The notes under the pieces: model-generated
Databases searched by the model: none
What the model was told of the DNA's origin: nothing
What the model saw: the letters and a program-made list of their open reading frames with translations, nothing else
NCBI GenBank assembly: GCA_013239625.1
Contig: MU053652.1
Span: 2,730,001-2,794,000, forward strand
Length of the DNA: 64,000 bases
Origin: Lama guanicoe
Taxonomy: Eukaryota
Reading direction: 5' to 3'
Position numbers and translations under genes: made by a program
Shown: piece by piece, positions 37,300 through 52,019 of the stretch
Position numbering within the stretch: the stretch's first letter is position 1
Layout of the letters: the number at the start of each line of letters is the position of its first letter

Positions 37300-38760
37300 T
37301 CTACTACTTCACCCATTCAATGAACATCAGCTTCCTCATTTCTGTCTCCGATTCTTTCACTGAAAACACATCTGTGAAGACTGAGGTGACCTCTGTGTTG
37401 TCAAATTCAATGGTTAGCTGTCCACCTTCATCCTATTGACCGCTCAACAGTTTTTTGTCACTGGTGATCACTCTCTTTTGCTTTAAACATTTTCTTCACT
37501 TCGCTTCCATTACACCACACTGGCTTTCCTTCTACCTCCTTGTTTGTTCCCTCTTTTGCTGAGTCCTTCCTGATTTCTGAATGCTGGGAGCCCCCTTGGG
37601 CTTGGTCTACAGTTGCTCATCCAGTCCATTGCTTTAAATACCATATCTCTTGCCCTAATGTCTGACTTAGAAGCTGAAGAGGGTTTCTTTTCCTAGAGGC
37701 ACTGAAGGAGGAAATGAATTGGCTGAGGAGAGAGGATCCTTAGGGGAATAGGATGGGAAAAGGCACCAAAGTGTGAAAGGCAAACTGTGTTCAGAGAAAA
37801 GAGGGACGTCTGGTGTGGGCTGAAAATAACTAGTAAGGTAGGTTGTAGCCATGCCAAGAAGAACCTTGATTTATAGCTAAGGAACCTGAGCTTTACACTG
37901 AAGACAATAAGTAATTATCAGAAGTATCAGAGGTTCCTAAATAGGGAAGAGATGTGATCATTCATATTAAAAATATAAATACTCTTTAGTAGCATGTTGA
38001 TGGCTGAACTAGAGTAAGGGGGAAACTGGAGCCAGGAGAGCCAATTAGAAAGTCACTGTAATAGTCTAAGGAAGGGATTATGGTCTGAATCACCATGGCA
38101 GCAGTGGGATGAAAAGTAGTGACAAATCCAAGGGAGATTTAGAAGTAGCATTGAGGACATAGCTATTGATTAGATAGGCGTTTGGGAGTAGGGGAGAAAG
38201 GCCAAGGTTGAAGTGTAATGACGTTAAGCTAAACAGGAGAAGGAGAACAAGAGTCGGGAGAGGGAATGATGAGAAGCATATTAAGTTTGCAGTGATTGTT
38301 GGGTATCCAATGGCAAATGAAAGGCACGTCTGCAGATCAGGAGAGAAGTCTGAACTGAATATATAGGCTCAGAAGTCAGTGCCCAGGAGTAGCTGAGTCC
38401 TTAGAATGGATGGGACATCCTGAGGAGTGCAAACAGTGAGAAGAGTGCCAAGAACAAGAACCTGAAAAAAAAAAAAGCATGCAGGCAGCTGTCAGAGGAG
38501 GAGGAGCCAGTGAGGAGACTGGGAAGGAGCAGGAAGATGGCAGGAGAACGGAATAGAGGTCTGCAAGTAAAGGGAGAAGAGACCTTCCAAGAGGAAATGA
38601 TCAACAGTTCTCCCTGGGGTGGGATGAATGCTAAGATTAAGTTTGCTAATTAGATTTGATGAGCACAGCTTCTAGAGTGTTAGAAGTCAGACTGGAATGG
38701 ATTGAGTGAAGAATCCCCTTGGAAGTTTGGCTGTGGGGGAAGAAGGTAATGGAAGGAAGA
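37300..38760. mobile_element. L2 fragments in opposite orientations
   Basis: Pyrimidine-rich L2 to about 37660, then purine-rich L2 from about 37665. Confidence 0.55.
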
Positions 38761-39049
38761 AAATGGAGTTGGGCAAGATGTAGAAATTTTTTTTTTTTAT
38801 GGGATGGAAGTTTTTAGTACAAGAGATGGCCAGCTAGTTTCTACTTAAACATCTCTTGTGAGCTCACTACCCAACAAAACAAACCCGTTGCATTTTCGAC
38901 CAGCAGTTAGTCATCCAATGAAGTTCAGCATATGTTTGTTGAGTGCCTGCTATGTCTAAAGCATTGGGCTTGGTATTTCAGTGCCTAAAGTGTTATGCAA
39001 GGCATGGTCATGTTTATTGATGTGGATTTAAAATGTACAAAACTCACAA

Positions 39050-40010
39050 AGAAGAAACTCAGTTATAAGTCCACTATTGAGATATTACCACTAATAATCT
39101 TTTTCTGTGTAACTATCCAGTCTTTTTTTCTGAGCAAATATGTTTAAAAAACAAATTACCAGCATTCTCTGATGTCATGACATCTTCCATAATCTACTTT
39201 TTAGTGGATGCATAGATTTTATCATAGAAATAGATTATAACTTGTAGGATACTTCTTTTTGGATACTTAGATTATCTCCAAGTGTTCAATATTATAAAGA
39301 AGACATGCTCTACTAAAGATTCTTCTACATCAAAATTTGTGTTTCTGATTATTTTCTTAGCATAAAGTCTTAAAAATGAAATAACTATGTTAAATGGTTT
39401 GCATATATTAAGTTATGTTTAATACACAATACCAAACTGCTCTCTAGAATGCTTGAACCAAATTACATGCCCAATATTCTATGAAGGTCCTACTTCCTGG
39501 CATCTTTATCCATGCAAGTTATCATTTTAAAGTTCTTGACAATTTGTTAGGCACAAAGACATCTGATTTTATTTTATATTTCTTTGATTACTAATAAGAC
39601 TAGAACTTTTTCATTGTAATTAACCAACTGAATTCTTTTTTTTCTTTTTGCGTTTCATGTCTTTACCCACACTTCTTTTGGGAAGTTGTATTTTTCTTAT
39701 AGGTTTGTAAGAGCTCTTTATATATTAATGACACTACCAGTTGTCATAGTATCTTTGTATATCTATATATATCTGTATAGCTGCAAAAATTCTAGAATCT
39801 CATTTATCTTTTAATTTTGTATGTGATACTGTTTTATCTACATAAACTGCAAAGTTTTAGTATTCAAATCTATAGTTTTTTTTTAATAAACCATAAAACT
39901 TTACTTTCTTGCTCAGGTTTTTAATCTTCCTAAGGTCAAGAATACTTATATCACTTTCATCTTTTCAACACATATCACTGGTCACTTTTCACATTTAATT
40001 CTTTAATCCA
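39050..40010 (-). mobile_element. Old L1 (L1ME-like) fragment
   Basis: Degenerate antisense ORF2/3' motifs such as ccaaactgctctctagaatgc and tttcttataggtttgtaagagctctttatatatt. Confidence 0.65.
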
Positions 40011-40054
40011 TCTGATACTTTTCTATTCCTTCTTATTCATGTTTGTTCTATCCT

Positions 40055-40590
40055 TTTGAATCAGAGAGGATGCTTTGGTTTCAAGAAAAAGAATATTTAA
40101 CTCAAATTGGCTTAAACAAAATATTGAATTTATTGGCTCCCATAAGTAGAAAAGTTCAAAGGCTTCAGGCCGTGTTTGACCAGGTGGCTCACACAATATG
40201 GAGAAGACCTAATGTGGAGAGGACTTGATGGTTCCCTCTTCATTTCTTTGCTTTAGTCCCTGGTGATAGCTCCATTCTCAATAGAATCTCCCATTATGGT
40301 CCCAAGATGGTGTCCAAGAACTCACAGGTTACATGCTTCTGCATTCACTTCCAGAGGAAGTGTCTTTGTCTTAGTATTCCCACAAAAGTCCTGACATTCT
40401 CACTCTTTGATTGGACTGATTTAGGTCACATGCTAATACATGCAGTCACTGGGGCCAAGGGAATGAAATTCACTGACTGACTTAGTCTGGACCACATATC
40501 CCACCTCCTGGAGAGAAGAGTTGGAGTCAGCTTTCCCAAAACTACATGGATGCTGTAAAGAATGGAGCAGCTGGGAAAGGAGGATGAATG
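40055..40590. mobile_element. MLT1-type LTR
   Basis: actcaaattggcttaaacaa...tttattggctc and ttggactgatttaggtcacatgc motifs. Confidence 0.6.
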
Positions 40591-43500
40591 TGAGAAGACA
40601 ACTAAGGTAAGGACTACATCTTTAAGTATCCAGATCATTGCTTTTTATCATTGATAAATCCTCTGCCATTTGAAAACATTTGTTCTACCACCATTCATGT
40701 GGTACAAAGTAGTTAAAATCGTGAAAGGACGTAGTCCCTTCTTTAGGCACTAAACCTTTTACATTCAAGCTGCATAAGGACCACGTGAGCACATCACTGT
40801 TTCTAAACTTCTAATCATGCACGGTTAGAACAGTTTCCCCCATGACCAATTCATCTATAGGTTCTCTGAATTTCTTCTTTAAAACAGGTTCCATAGACCC
40901 AATAGAAATAGACCATAGCTCCAACTCTTCCCTTAATTCATTCTGGTAAAGTCTCTATCTCCTGGATACTTTGTTTTCTGGTTACTTATTTGGACTATTT
41001 GTTGTCTTTCTTTTTTTTTTTTAACTAAAGATCTTACTTATACCAATTTGTGATGTCTTTTCCTGGTTTGCAACCTGAGACCTATATCTTGACCTAGATA
41101 TCCCCTTAGAGGAGCCCTCCACAGGGTTAACTAGAGCTAAGTTGGACCTTGGAGCACCTCGGTCACAGAGGTGATCCAGAAGAGACAGGACACAATAGTA
41201 CCCACATGCTGTGTACCAGGCACAGTTCAAAAGGTCCCACCCAGGGCAAGCCATTATCTATCCGAACCTATGAATGGGATTAGTGCCCTTAGAAAAGATA
41301 GGAAAGAGATGATTTTCTCTTTCTGTGGATACAGCAAGAAGGTGGTCATCTGCACAAGACATCAAATCTGCTGGCACCTTGATCTTGGACTTACTAGCTT
41401 CCAGAAGTGAGAATTAAACATTTTTTAAGTCATCCAGTCTAGGGTATTAGTTATAGCAGCTCCAACTGACAAAGACATCGTCCTTCCCCACTCTGTGACA
41501 TTCCTGTACAGTGATTTGGATTCTGTGAGTGAGCAACAGTCTCGTTTTACCCCTTCCTAGAGGTTCTGACCACAGTTTTCCTCTCTTGTCTCTGTCCTGT
41601 CTCTAGTGTTGCTATCTTCTGTCTTCAGTAGTGCTCATCCACTCACGACTGCTCCCTCTATGGGGCAACACACTTCTGGTTGTGGCCTCCAACTGCTTTC
41701 TGACTCTTTCCTACCTTTGGTCATCACCAGCAGCACTGCCACTTTCAGAACACAAAATGGACCCGATTGATAATGGCACAGCTAAGTGAATAAAATTCCA
41801 CATTTTCTCTCTCCTGAGACCAATTTATAGTATGATACACCATCACTTAATTACTGTTTTTAGAGTCCTTCCCCCAAAACACTGCCATGTTAAATATATC
41901 TATTGAAGATACAGTCTGATTTTAGAATTATTAAAAATGTATGGGGAAAACCTTGTACCTGAGCATCTAGGAAATGCTATAGTTGAATGATTCTGGTTTT
42001 TAGCTAACTGTTAACATTAGACATTCGGCCCCATTCAGTAGCACTACCCCTTCTTGTTTTTCTTTCTCTACACATAAGCAAAAAACATACAAAAAATGTT
42101 GTCTTCGATCCTTTACCCAGAGCCTAGTTGTCTCTGGATGGTAAGCCCTCTGGCACTACTTTCACAGCTCTGAGTCCTTCCTTAGAGTGAGGCTTTGTTA
42201 TAGTCCTCTCCTCTTAGCTTTTTCTGAACATGTCCTTTAAAAATATGAGCTTATCAGAACACTTCCTGAGCGTTGATCTTTTTCAGATGCCCCCTTTTCT
42301 TCACTGAAATCACTGGCTTTACGAGAATTTAAATTTCAAGTCCTTTTACTCCTTTGGAGCTTTCTTCCCTAGTTCCTGGTCAGATAGAGCCTCATGTCCA
42401 TATTTTCTCTTAACCTTCTCAAGTCTTCTTTGTATCTGGTTAGGAAATGCAGAATTGCCTTCTCTGGTTACTACAAATTCAAGGATACTGTGGTCACTTA
42501 CTTTAAGTTGTCTGTCACTTCCACTTCACTGACACATTCTTCTTAGCTGGTTAGAATTAAGCATAGAATAGTACCTCTTCAATAAGCAATTAGTTTAAAT
42601 TTAAGTCATGCCAACTTTATTTGATGCTCACTTTTCAGTGGAATGAGCTTGTCAGTAGATGTTGAAGTACTCCATTCCCCCTATATTGTGCCCCTGTGCC
42701 ATTAATTTTGTCATTTGTATTGGGAAAGCATTATTGATGATGCCATAACAGGAGTACAAGGCCTGTTAGAACTAGCTGACAACACCAGTGGAGAGAGATC
42801 ATGAGCCCAGACTGGAGTGGGGAGCCCTCCCCAGGGCATGGGCTGTGAATACAGAAGCTGGCTTGCATTAGGGCAGCTGGGCTGTGCAAGACCTGATATC
42901 TCTCACCAAGCTGAGGTTCAAGAAGTTATTAATACCAAAACGTCCAGCATTGGAGGGAAAGGTACAGGTGTACCATAGTTTAAGGAGATCACAGCAGGGG
43001 TGTGGACAAGGGAATAGAGCCCTCTAGGCAAGACGACTGGTCACAGATAAGCTAAACAAGACATCAGAATCATGGTCTAGAAGGAAAGGGTTTAGGAGAA
43101 TAGCCCAAATCTATAGGGAGCCTAGATGCAAGGCAGAATGGTTGGAACTGAAGGTGTGGAGGTCAAGGTGGAAGGCCCAGAATTGGACAGACGCAGAGCG
43201 GGAGGCATAATGGGAGGAATCTACTGGTGTCCAAGGCTCACAGCTGACCTGACTGGAAGGAAGCAGGATGCTGGGGCTGACACTGATGACACACTTTCCC
43301 CCCAGTCAGAACTGGCATGTAAACTTTGGGGAGGGTGGAGAGCTAGACGGTCCAGCAGCTGGTCCCTAGAGAAGACAAAGGCAGGACAACCAGCCAGCTG
43401 CCTTACTATAAGCTCCTGTGACAAGGTCACTACTGCTTTTATTTTCACCCAAGTCTTCTCTACCAGGCATCAACCTCCGGGTTTGTGAGTTTTCATTTGT

Positions 43501-44323
43501 ATTCATCAGTTCCTGACTCACAGGGTTACTCTGCATTGCGTTTAATTGTGTGCTTCTTTTTGAACAAATTTTATACCTTCATATTGGTATAATACAACAG
43601 CTACTGTTTACTGACTGCTTGCCATGTGCAGGCACTCTGCGAGCTGACTTACATATACTACATCTTATTTAATTACCACAGCACCTCCACAGGAGGTGGG
43701 AATTATGCCCATTTTAAAAAGAGGAAACTGAAGCTTGTATGGTTTATTTAATCAGCATAAAGTTACATATCTGAGACACAAAACAGCTTGGATTTAAACT
43801 TAGTTTTGTCTAACTACCTATCTGTTGCTTAAATGACTCCATTTATACTGTAATATATCCAAACAATTCTAACACCTATCAGCCATTAGATATTTCATCT
43901 ATCTTATCAATTTATTTTTCTATTCTCTTCTATCTCTAACTGCCTAACAGTACTGCACTATGTAAAAGTGATCATTAATAAATACTTACTAAATGAATTA
44001 CTGCAGTTTTAAAATGTGATTAGAATTACGATGTCCTCTCTGGATTTGGATATTTATATAGTCCCTTAGCAAGAATTCTTCGGTTTGCTCTATAGAAACA
44101 CCACATTCCTGCACATTCATTCATACTATGGACGAGAAGGGGCCAAGGGTTAAATGAATACTGAATAAGGAGACACACTTTATTCCTAAATAAGTCAGAT
44201 GTAAGCAAATGTATATTCAAATAAATTTGAGAAGTTAAAGGATATTTATGAAACAGATTATTTTCTTTAGGAGTCCAAATCTGAAAAGCTTTCTCATGAC
44301 ATGATCTTCTTGTTTGTGTAAAT

Positions 44324-44643
44324 CAGAGGTTGCCAAACTAGTGCCCATGGGCCAAATCCCTGTTTTTGCATGGTATGGGAGCTAAAAATGGCTTTCACAT
44401 TGTTAAGTAGCTGAAAAAGATCAAAAGAAGAATGATATTTCATGACATGTGAAAATTATATGAAATTCAAATCTCATTTTCCAGAAATAAAGTTTAACTG
44501 GAAACACAGCCAAAGTCATTCATTTACGTATTGTCTGTGGCTGCTTTTGTACTACAATGGCCGAGCTAGTAGTTGGGACAGAGACCGTATGGCCCACAAA
44601 GCCTAAAATATTTCCCTTTACAGAAAAATTTGCTAGCCTCTGG
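44324..44643. mobile_element. MER58B-like hAT-Charlie element
   Basis: Terminal inverted repeats cagaggttgccaaact and aatttgctagcctctg; internal catttacgtattgtctgtggctgctttt. Confidence 0.8.
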
Positions 44644-47289
44644 TCTCACTAAATAATACAGGATGTCATAACATTTTAAATATTGTTTAACTGACATCTG
44701 TTATTTTGGTTTCTAACTCAAGGACACTGGACCAAGGGTCACAATGTCACTTTTGGCATGTAGAAGGTTTCCATGGTCTCAGGACAAAGTCAAACCCTTT
44801 TCTCCCTTGGCATCCTCTACATTCTCTCCTGATAGCAGCAGCACCTTTCTGCAGAAACAATAACAGACTGAGAGGCTGGTGGTTTCTCTAAGAGGTTTCT
44901 CTAATACCTCTTCCTGCCAAAAGTCATCTTTCTCTTTGATGGGGAAGCTGGGGCTGGGCATCCTTATGAGTGGTTACGGTGTATGACAGAACTGTAGTGG
45001 CACCAAAATGGGTTCTCCAGACTCCATCAACTGATTCAAGGTGGTATGATGGGGTCACATAGGCGAGGAAAAGCAAATTGTTCTTTTTGTCATCACCCAG
45101 GACCTAAATAAAGACAAAAATGACTCAGAATGACGAGACACAGGTTAATATTACTTATCAAAATGTCTTCAGGAGGCAACGTGGCACTATGAGAGCTCAA
45201 TCAATGTGCTAGCTCAAGAGTAAGACCCTTACTTCTCCTGAGATCAAGTTTGGTTTGAGGTCAAGGTCAAGGGAATATGCTTTATCTATATATTTTTTTG
45301 AAACACAAAAAATACATTCTATTGTCTTTCTGTATCTCCTCCTCTCTCTCGCTTCTGTATCTTTGACTGTCTCCAATTTAACAAAAATGTACTGATCATT
45401 AGTTATATGTGTGAAACACAATGCAAAGCCCTGTATACAAAAATAAGTCAAATAATCTCAACTCTCAAGGAGCTTAGAGTTTATGAGAGAAACAAGTTAT
45501 AAGGATCTTCCTGGACCTTTTGGTAGCATTTAACATGAGTTGATCCTCCTTAATATCACATTCTGACCCATATCACATTCCTCTCTTGGTTTCTTTGGCC
45601 CCATAGTCTCCTGGTTTTATTATTCTGGTTCTGATTCTTGGTCTCCATTGCCAGCTCTTTCTTTTCTATTCAGTCTCTAGAGGGTCAGACTTTAGTCATG
45701 GGCCTGCTTGTCTTTTGATTATATCTACCCTCCTTAGGCAATCTTCTCCCAAATTTATAAGTCCTGTTCTTGCAACTCTTCTGGGCTTCTGACCCATATC
45801 ACAAACCTGCAGGAGACATCTCCACTTAGACAGAACTTTGGATCTTCTCCTGAAATTTTGATACTGTCCAAGGATTCTCCATCTCAGTAACTGACACCTC
45901 TGTTAATTCACTGGATCCTGGAAGAAATCTTATGTCGATTATGACACTACCTCCCTCTCCAAAACTTAACATTTCCATTTAATTGTCAAGTCCTTTAAAA
46001 TAACTCAATTCTGATTATTTCTCTTCCTGAGCTTGCCACCACCCTAGACCAGGAAACCATCATCTCTTACATGAATCACTGAAATACCTTCCCAGCTGGT
46101 CTCTCCACATCTGCCCTTGCCCTGTTCTATTTTATCTTTTCACAGTTAGTGTTTTTCAGGCAAAAAAAAAAAAGTCTTTAAAAAGAAACACAATGCAAGA
46201 AAAATACATATGTTGTTCCTCATCTTAATTTTTCTTTACTTAGTAACTTATCATGAAGATCTTTTCACATCAGTACACCTAGAACTGCCTCACAATGTTT
46301 AACAGCTGTCTACCATTCACTTGTATAACTATACCATAATTTATTTAACCATTTCTCTATTGATGGACATGTAGGCTGTTTTTGGTCTTTATCTACCATA
46401 AATAATGCTTCAGTGAAGTTACTAGAAGAGTCATTCTTCAATACGTGTGAGTATATCTATTGGATAAATGTAGAAATGTGGAGTTGCTAAATCAAAGGCT
46501 TTGTACTTTTAGAAATCTGAAAAATACTGCCAGCTGCTCTCCTTAGAGGTTGTATCAATTTTCATCCTATTGACAATGTGAAAAAGTGCCCGCTCCCCAG
46601 CCTGGACAACCAAATATGCTATTAAACTTATTGATTTGTGAACCTGATATGTAAAAAATACATCTCATTGCAGTTATAATTTGCATATCTCTTACTATGA
46701 GAAGGGTCAGCATTGTTACATATTTAAAGGATCCATTTCTATTTTCTTGACTGTGATTTATTTGTCATACCCTTTGCCCATTCTCCCAGAGTTCAGGTGT
46801 TTTTCTTATTGATTTGTAGGAGTGCTTTGATTTTTTTCTTAAATAATCTAATTTCCAGATTCTTTGGAATCCTAGTATTTTTTAAAAGTCACAGTTTTGT
46901 CAATTTTTCCCTAATAATAAGTAATCCTCAAATGTTAACTCCTTGACAGGCGAGCCCACATGAAAAGCTCTGTGTAGAGGTTATGAATTGATTTGCAGAA
47001 GTCCTGACTTCCTAAAAACAGGTTGACAAGACTGCCTTATACCTACACCTATACTATTTCACTTACTTTTCCTAACAGCCCTATGAGGCATGTATTATTA
47101 TTATTATTAACCATAAAGTAAATCTCTTAGAATATGAATGCCCAGGATCACATAGCTAATGACTCTTCCACTTCTGGAGGCTTAAAAGATTAATAATCCA
47201 TCATCACTGGCCATTCCTCAACCACACCAGGCTTTGACCCTTGATGCCTCTAATTTTTAATAATCAATTGACCTTCTTTTTTGCCTTCT

Positions 47290-49545
47290 ACAAACACTCA
47301 ATGAAAACATTTTTAAGTACTTACCATGTTTCAGGAATTCTCACGGGGTTTACACTTTAGAGGAGTTCTCAATTATAAGCAATGCAATCAAACCGTAATA
47401 AAGTTTTACTATGATGAAAAAAATACATAGGATGGTTGGAAGGTGAACAAGGAAGCATACTTTTGGCAGGGAGGTAAGAGAGGTCCTCTTTGAGGAGGTG
47501 ACATTTAAGCAGAGATCAGAATAATCAAAAGTGTATTCCAGGAAAAGGAAATATCTGGGATAAGTCCTTTAAAAACTAGAGCAAATCCAATGTGTTTGAG
47601 GAATAGAAAAGAGGTCAGTGTGACTGGAGTTGGAGGAGAGTGGTTGGAGATGAGATTAATGAGATGGTCTGGGATGCCACATAAGGCTTTGTCGGTCAGC
47701 AAAGGAGTCTGGACTTTATTTCAAGTGCAATCAGGAGACATGGAAGGATTCTAAGGTAGAAGCGAAATGATCTGATTTATGTTTTATGATTTATGTGATT
47801 CTAGATGGGCTGTGGAGAATGGAGGCAAGGGTGGAAACAGGAAGACCAATTAGAAGCTATCACAGGAGTCCAGGAGATGGTGTTTGTATTAGGGTGATGG
47901 CAGTGGAGATTGAAAGAGACAGATTTTGGAAATGTTGACTTAGAAACTCTTCATAGAGTGGACATGAGAACTGAGGAAAAGCTCGCATGTCTATGAGCTT
48001 TTTGACTCACACATCTGTTGGGTAGTAATGCCACTCAATTTGAAGAAGGCGGAAAGAATCTAGAATTTTGTATTATATATAATTTCCTTCTTTCCCTATG
48101 CATCCTTAACTTCAAAGACCATGATTTTCTCTTCCCAATACTTTTATTTTTCCTTCCCTACTTGGCCTTTAGTCCTTCTTATCAAAAAAAAAAATTTCCC
48201 CTAGCTACCACCTCTATTCCTATCCACTCCTCAATCCACCGCAATCTGATTACTATCCCCATTATCCCAATAAACTTGCCAAAACACTACATTGACCTCC
48301 TTGTTGCTAAAACCAAGGACTTTCAGTCTATTTTTCTTGATCTTTCTCTAGCATTTAATACTGTTGACAGTTTCTCCCTTGACTTCTCTGAAACTACTTG
48401 TTCTTGGTCCTCCTAACTTTCTGGACGTTCTTTCCTGTATCTTTTTTTCCTCACCTTTTAAATGTTGTCATTTTCATAGGGTTCCAGAGTAGGTCCTTTT
48501 CTCTTCCTACTTTATTTTTTCTCTTGGGAATTTCACCTACTTCTGTGGACTGTCACTTATTCTGATGATTCCAGCATAGATCTCTCTCTTGAGTTCTAGA
48601 CTCCCCCATTCTTTTATGTAGTAGATAGTTTCACTTTGATATCCCATGGACACTTCAAACTCAATGTGTTTCAAATTAAACTAATCACCTTCCCTCCTGA
48701 ATTTATATTTGCTCCTGAAGTCCCCACCTTGGTGAATGATACCACTATCTTCTCATTTACCTGAGCCATAAATCTCCACCTATTCCTTCATCCTGCAGAT
48801 ACAATGAATAATAAAATTCAGTTGGTTCTATGTCCTTAATATTTCTTGAATCCTCCTCCTCCCTCCATTTCCCTTCTTGTTGCCTTAGCTTAGATGTCCA
48901 TCATTTCTTTCCTATAATGCTAAAACAACCTCCAAACTAGTCTCTCTGCTTGCTCACACTAATAAATTCTCCAAACTGGAGTGATCTTCATGCAATGGAT
49001 ATTTGGTCACCTCACTATGCTCCTTAAAATTAATCACCGGTTCTCGACTGGACTTAGGATAAGGTGAAACTTCTTAGAAAGACATACAATACTTTTCATA
49101 ATACAAGACCTGCTGATCTTTCTGGGTTCTGCCATGCATTCATACAAGACAGAATCTACAACTTGCTGGGACTGTCCTTCACCTTCAACTCTCTGGGGGC
49201 ACCTTTTTACCTCTAGGACTTTACACACAGTACTTTCTTTGCCTGGACTACATTTCTCTTTAACTTGCCCACTTGTCTGGATTCCTTCTCTTTTTATTCA
49301 GAACTCCTCTCTGAATTCGTCTTCTATAATTAGGGACCATGATTATGCCCAGTAAAGTTAAGTACCCTTCCAATGTGTTCCCCTGTTGACAACACCTCAC
49401 TGTTCTGTGATCAACTGTGTACTCCTCTATCTTCATTAAACCATGAGGCCCTTCCGAGAAGACTGTCTTATTCATCTTTGTACTCCCAGTTGCTAGCACA
49501 GAACCTGACACATAGCAGGCACTCAATAATGAATAAATAAAGTGG
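47290..49545. mobile_element. L2 fragments (minus, then plus with 3' end)
   Basis: L2 3' end: ctagcacagaacctgacacatagcaggcactcaataatgaataaat. Also cacttcaaactcaatgtgtttcaaattaaact. Confidence 0.7.
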
Positions 49546-52019
49546 AAGAGTTGGGTTTCAAAGTCAGATCTTTTCTCTTTGGCACAAATCTCACATAGCT
49601 TCATGCTACTTCTTAACATCTTGAATCTGAAAATTTCAAAAATCTGTGCCTATATTTTTGCCTATCACTAATTAAAATATAGGCAAATAGATGATTAACT
49701 CTATGAAGATTCAGTTGATCATTTATTTCTTGAATAGCCCTTCCTCAACATTTCATCGATTTGCTCATCAAAGTACTTCGGCTTAACTAAACCCAAAATG
49801 ACTGAAAGATCTTTCGACACACTTTTATATCCTTTCTACCTCTTATCCTGTTGCTTCTACAACACCACCAAGCAAGCAGAGAGTCAATACACTGGGATTC
49901 TGGTCGATTTTATTTGATTGTCTGGGAACTGACACTAAAAAGTGATGTAGCAACAGCAAATCATTTCCCATTATCATTTCCTCCAAGGTCTCTATGGATA
50001 GGTATTAAAGTTTCAGTGTCAAAATTTATCATTGCAAAATTCAGCTAAAATTAAAATTTTTATGTAGTGAGTTCAATATAATCACAGAATTTTGTAAATG
50101 GAAGGAATCTTACAGATTCTTCAGCCCAGCACTTTTGTTAAGCTTCCACGAGAAAACAGACATCCAAAGACATCCAGTCTATAGCATTTCCTAGCTTTTA
50201 GTCAGCTGATCTTTCCTTAATGCCTTATGTACCCTATTAATTTCCATCTATGCAAATTATCTACATCAGAACCTATCTATTTACATAGAGCTTATCTTTA
50301 TGATACTGATATTGTGATATCCTTGTTATAAAGAGGAAAGAACTGAAAGAAAAAAAAAGCAAAGCTGTCTTATCCAGGGACAAAGGAGAATTGGTAAAAG
50401 AGACAATTAGTACAAAGAGGTAGGCTCCTATTTGTAGTGTAGCCTTGTAATCATATTATTTTCTCTGAGTGCTCCAGTGCTCACCCAAGTTTACTTGTGC
50501 TCCTGAGGCCTGGATTCCATTTAATTCTATGCCTTATTTAGTCTAAATGATTTCCCCAGCTTCACTGTGTATTTTTTGAGTGATATTTTAGAAATATCAG
50601 ACTTAAATCATCTCTCAACTTGAGTTTGTTTTAGTTCTAATGCTGAGGAATGAAGATTCTGGGTAAAAGAAATAAAGATGATGCGTTTTTCTAGGCTTTA
50701 CATTTCAAGAATGGGTTTCTCAAATGGCAACTGGCAGTCTATTCTGTTCCTCAAATGATGACGTTTTCCATGGGAATTAGAATTTAATTGGGATAATTTG
50801 TTTTCACGGAAAGCACAGATTTCTTTCCAAGAGGATCAGTTTGATAATGTTTTACCAGCTAGAGCTATGAGACCAAATATAAACCAGTTCGGAGAAACAG
50901 GAAGTGAACCTGACTGGTCTAGTCTGCATGTCCCTGGCTGTGACGCACATACAGAAATCAAATTAGGAAAACAAGATATGTGGGTGTGAGGCAATCGATA
51001 ATAATCCAGGATGCTACAACACAAGCAAGAACGCCTTTAACCAAATGCCATTCATTTTAATAACACCCTGAGAAGTTTGATTTCCACATTACATGCTAGT
51101 GATTAGAGAGCAGGATGAGCTTGAGTTCCCTAGCAACAGCATGTGCTTTTGAGACAGTCATTAGCCTTTCAGTTAATCCCGCCAACCCCTTACTGCTAAT
51201 GTACGACAGACATTAAAAAAAAAATGTTGCAGAAAGTGCTTTGAAATTTCCAGGAGTGAAATGGAGAAGAAGAATAATTTTTTAAGAAATTGTCCCGGGA
51301 ATTGCACTCAGGTAAAAGAAGTAATGTTCCTATGTGCCCAGCCTGTCTCTATGTTCATGGCTCTCAGTTCTGTTTCTGAATTCCCTCTGGGTAAAGGGCA
51401 GCAGAGGTGAAATTGTTCAGGGTTTAAGGCAGTCCCCTTCATCCAACATAAGATACAGTCTCAAAGTGGGGTGAATGGTGGGGTGGGCAGTTTTGTGTAG
51501 AGTGGAGGCTGACAGAGGGTAGGGTGGGAGGGACCCTAAGGCATAATTTTCTTTCTCCTTTAAGAAGAATAAATTACCCTGGTTGAAAGAGCTTGGGGAA
51601 GGAGGGTGGTGAAGCTATTTTCCCTATTGATTGTTTAATTGCACCAGAGGCTGTTTGTCCGAGGCCACTGACCAAGAGCATTATTTTCGTGGCTAAAGTG
51701 AGATCGGGCAGGTTTCCATCCCCTTCCCTAGTTTTAAACAAGACAACCCAGAAAGCGCACCTAGGCTCTAGGACTGTGGTGTATGTTGACTCTCGCTATT
51801 CAGCGGTATCCTTAAGTCTCCAGGGCTGATGGTTCTCAAACCCTGAATCATTGCTTCTAGCTCCGTCCTGGGTTCAGGATGCACATCTCCTGTGTGTAGC
51901 CTGGGTCAACTGCGGGTCGTTATTCGAATGGTAATTATTGCCGCTGGTCATCCTTGTTATGGCCTGTGTCCCTTTCAGCTGGACACTGGGCTCCTTCAGT
52001 TTGGCCGAGGTGATTCCTA

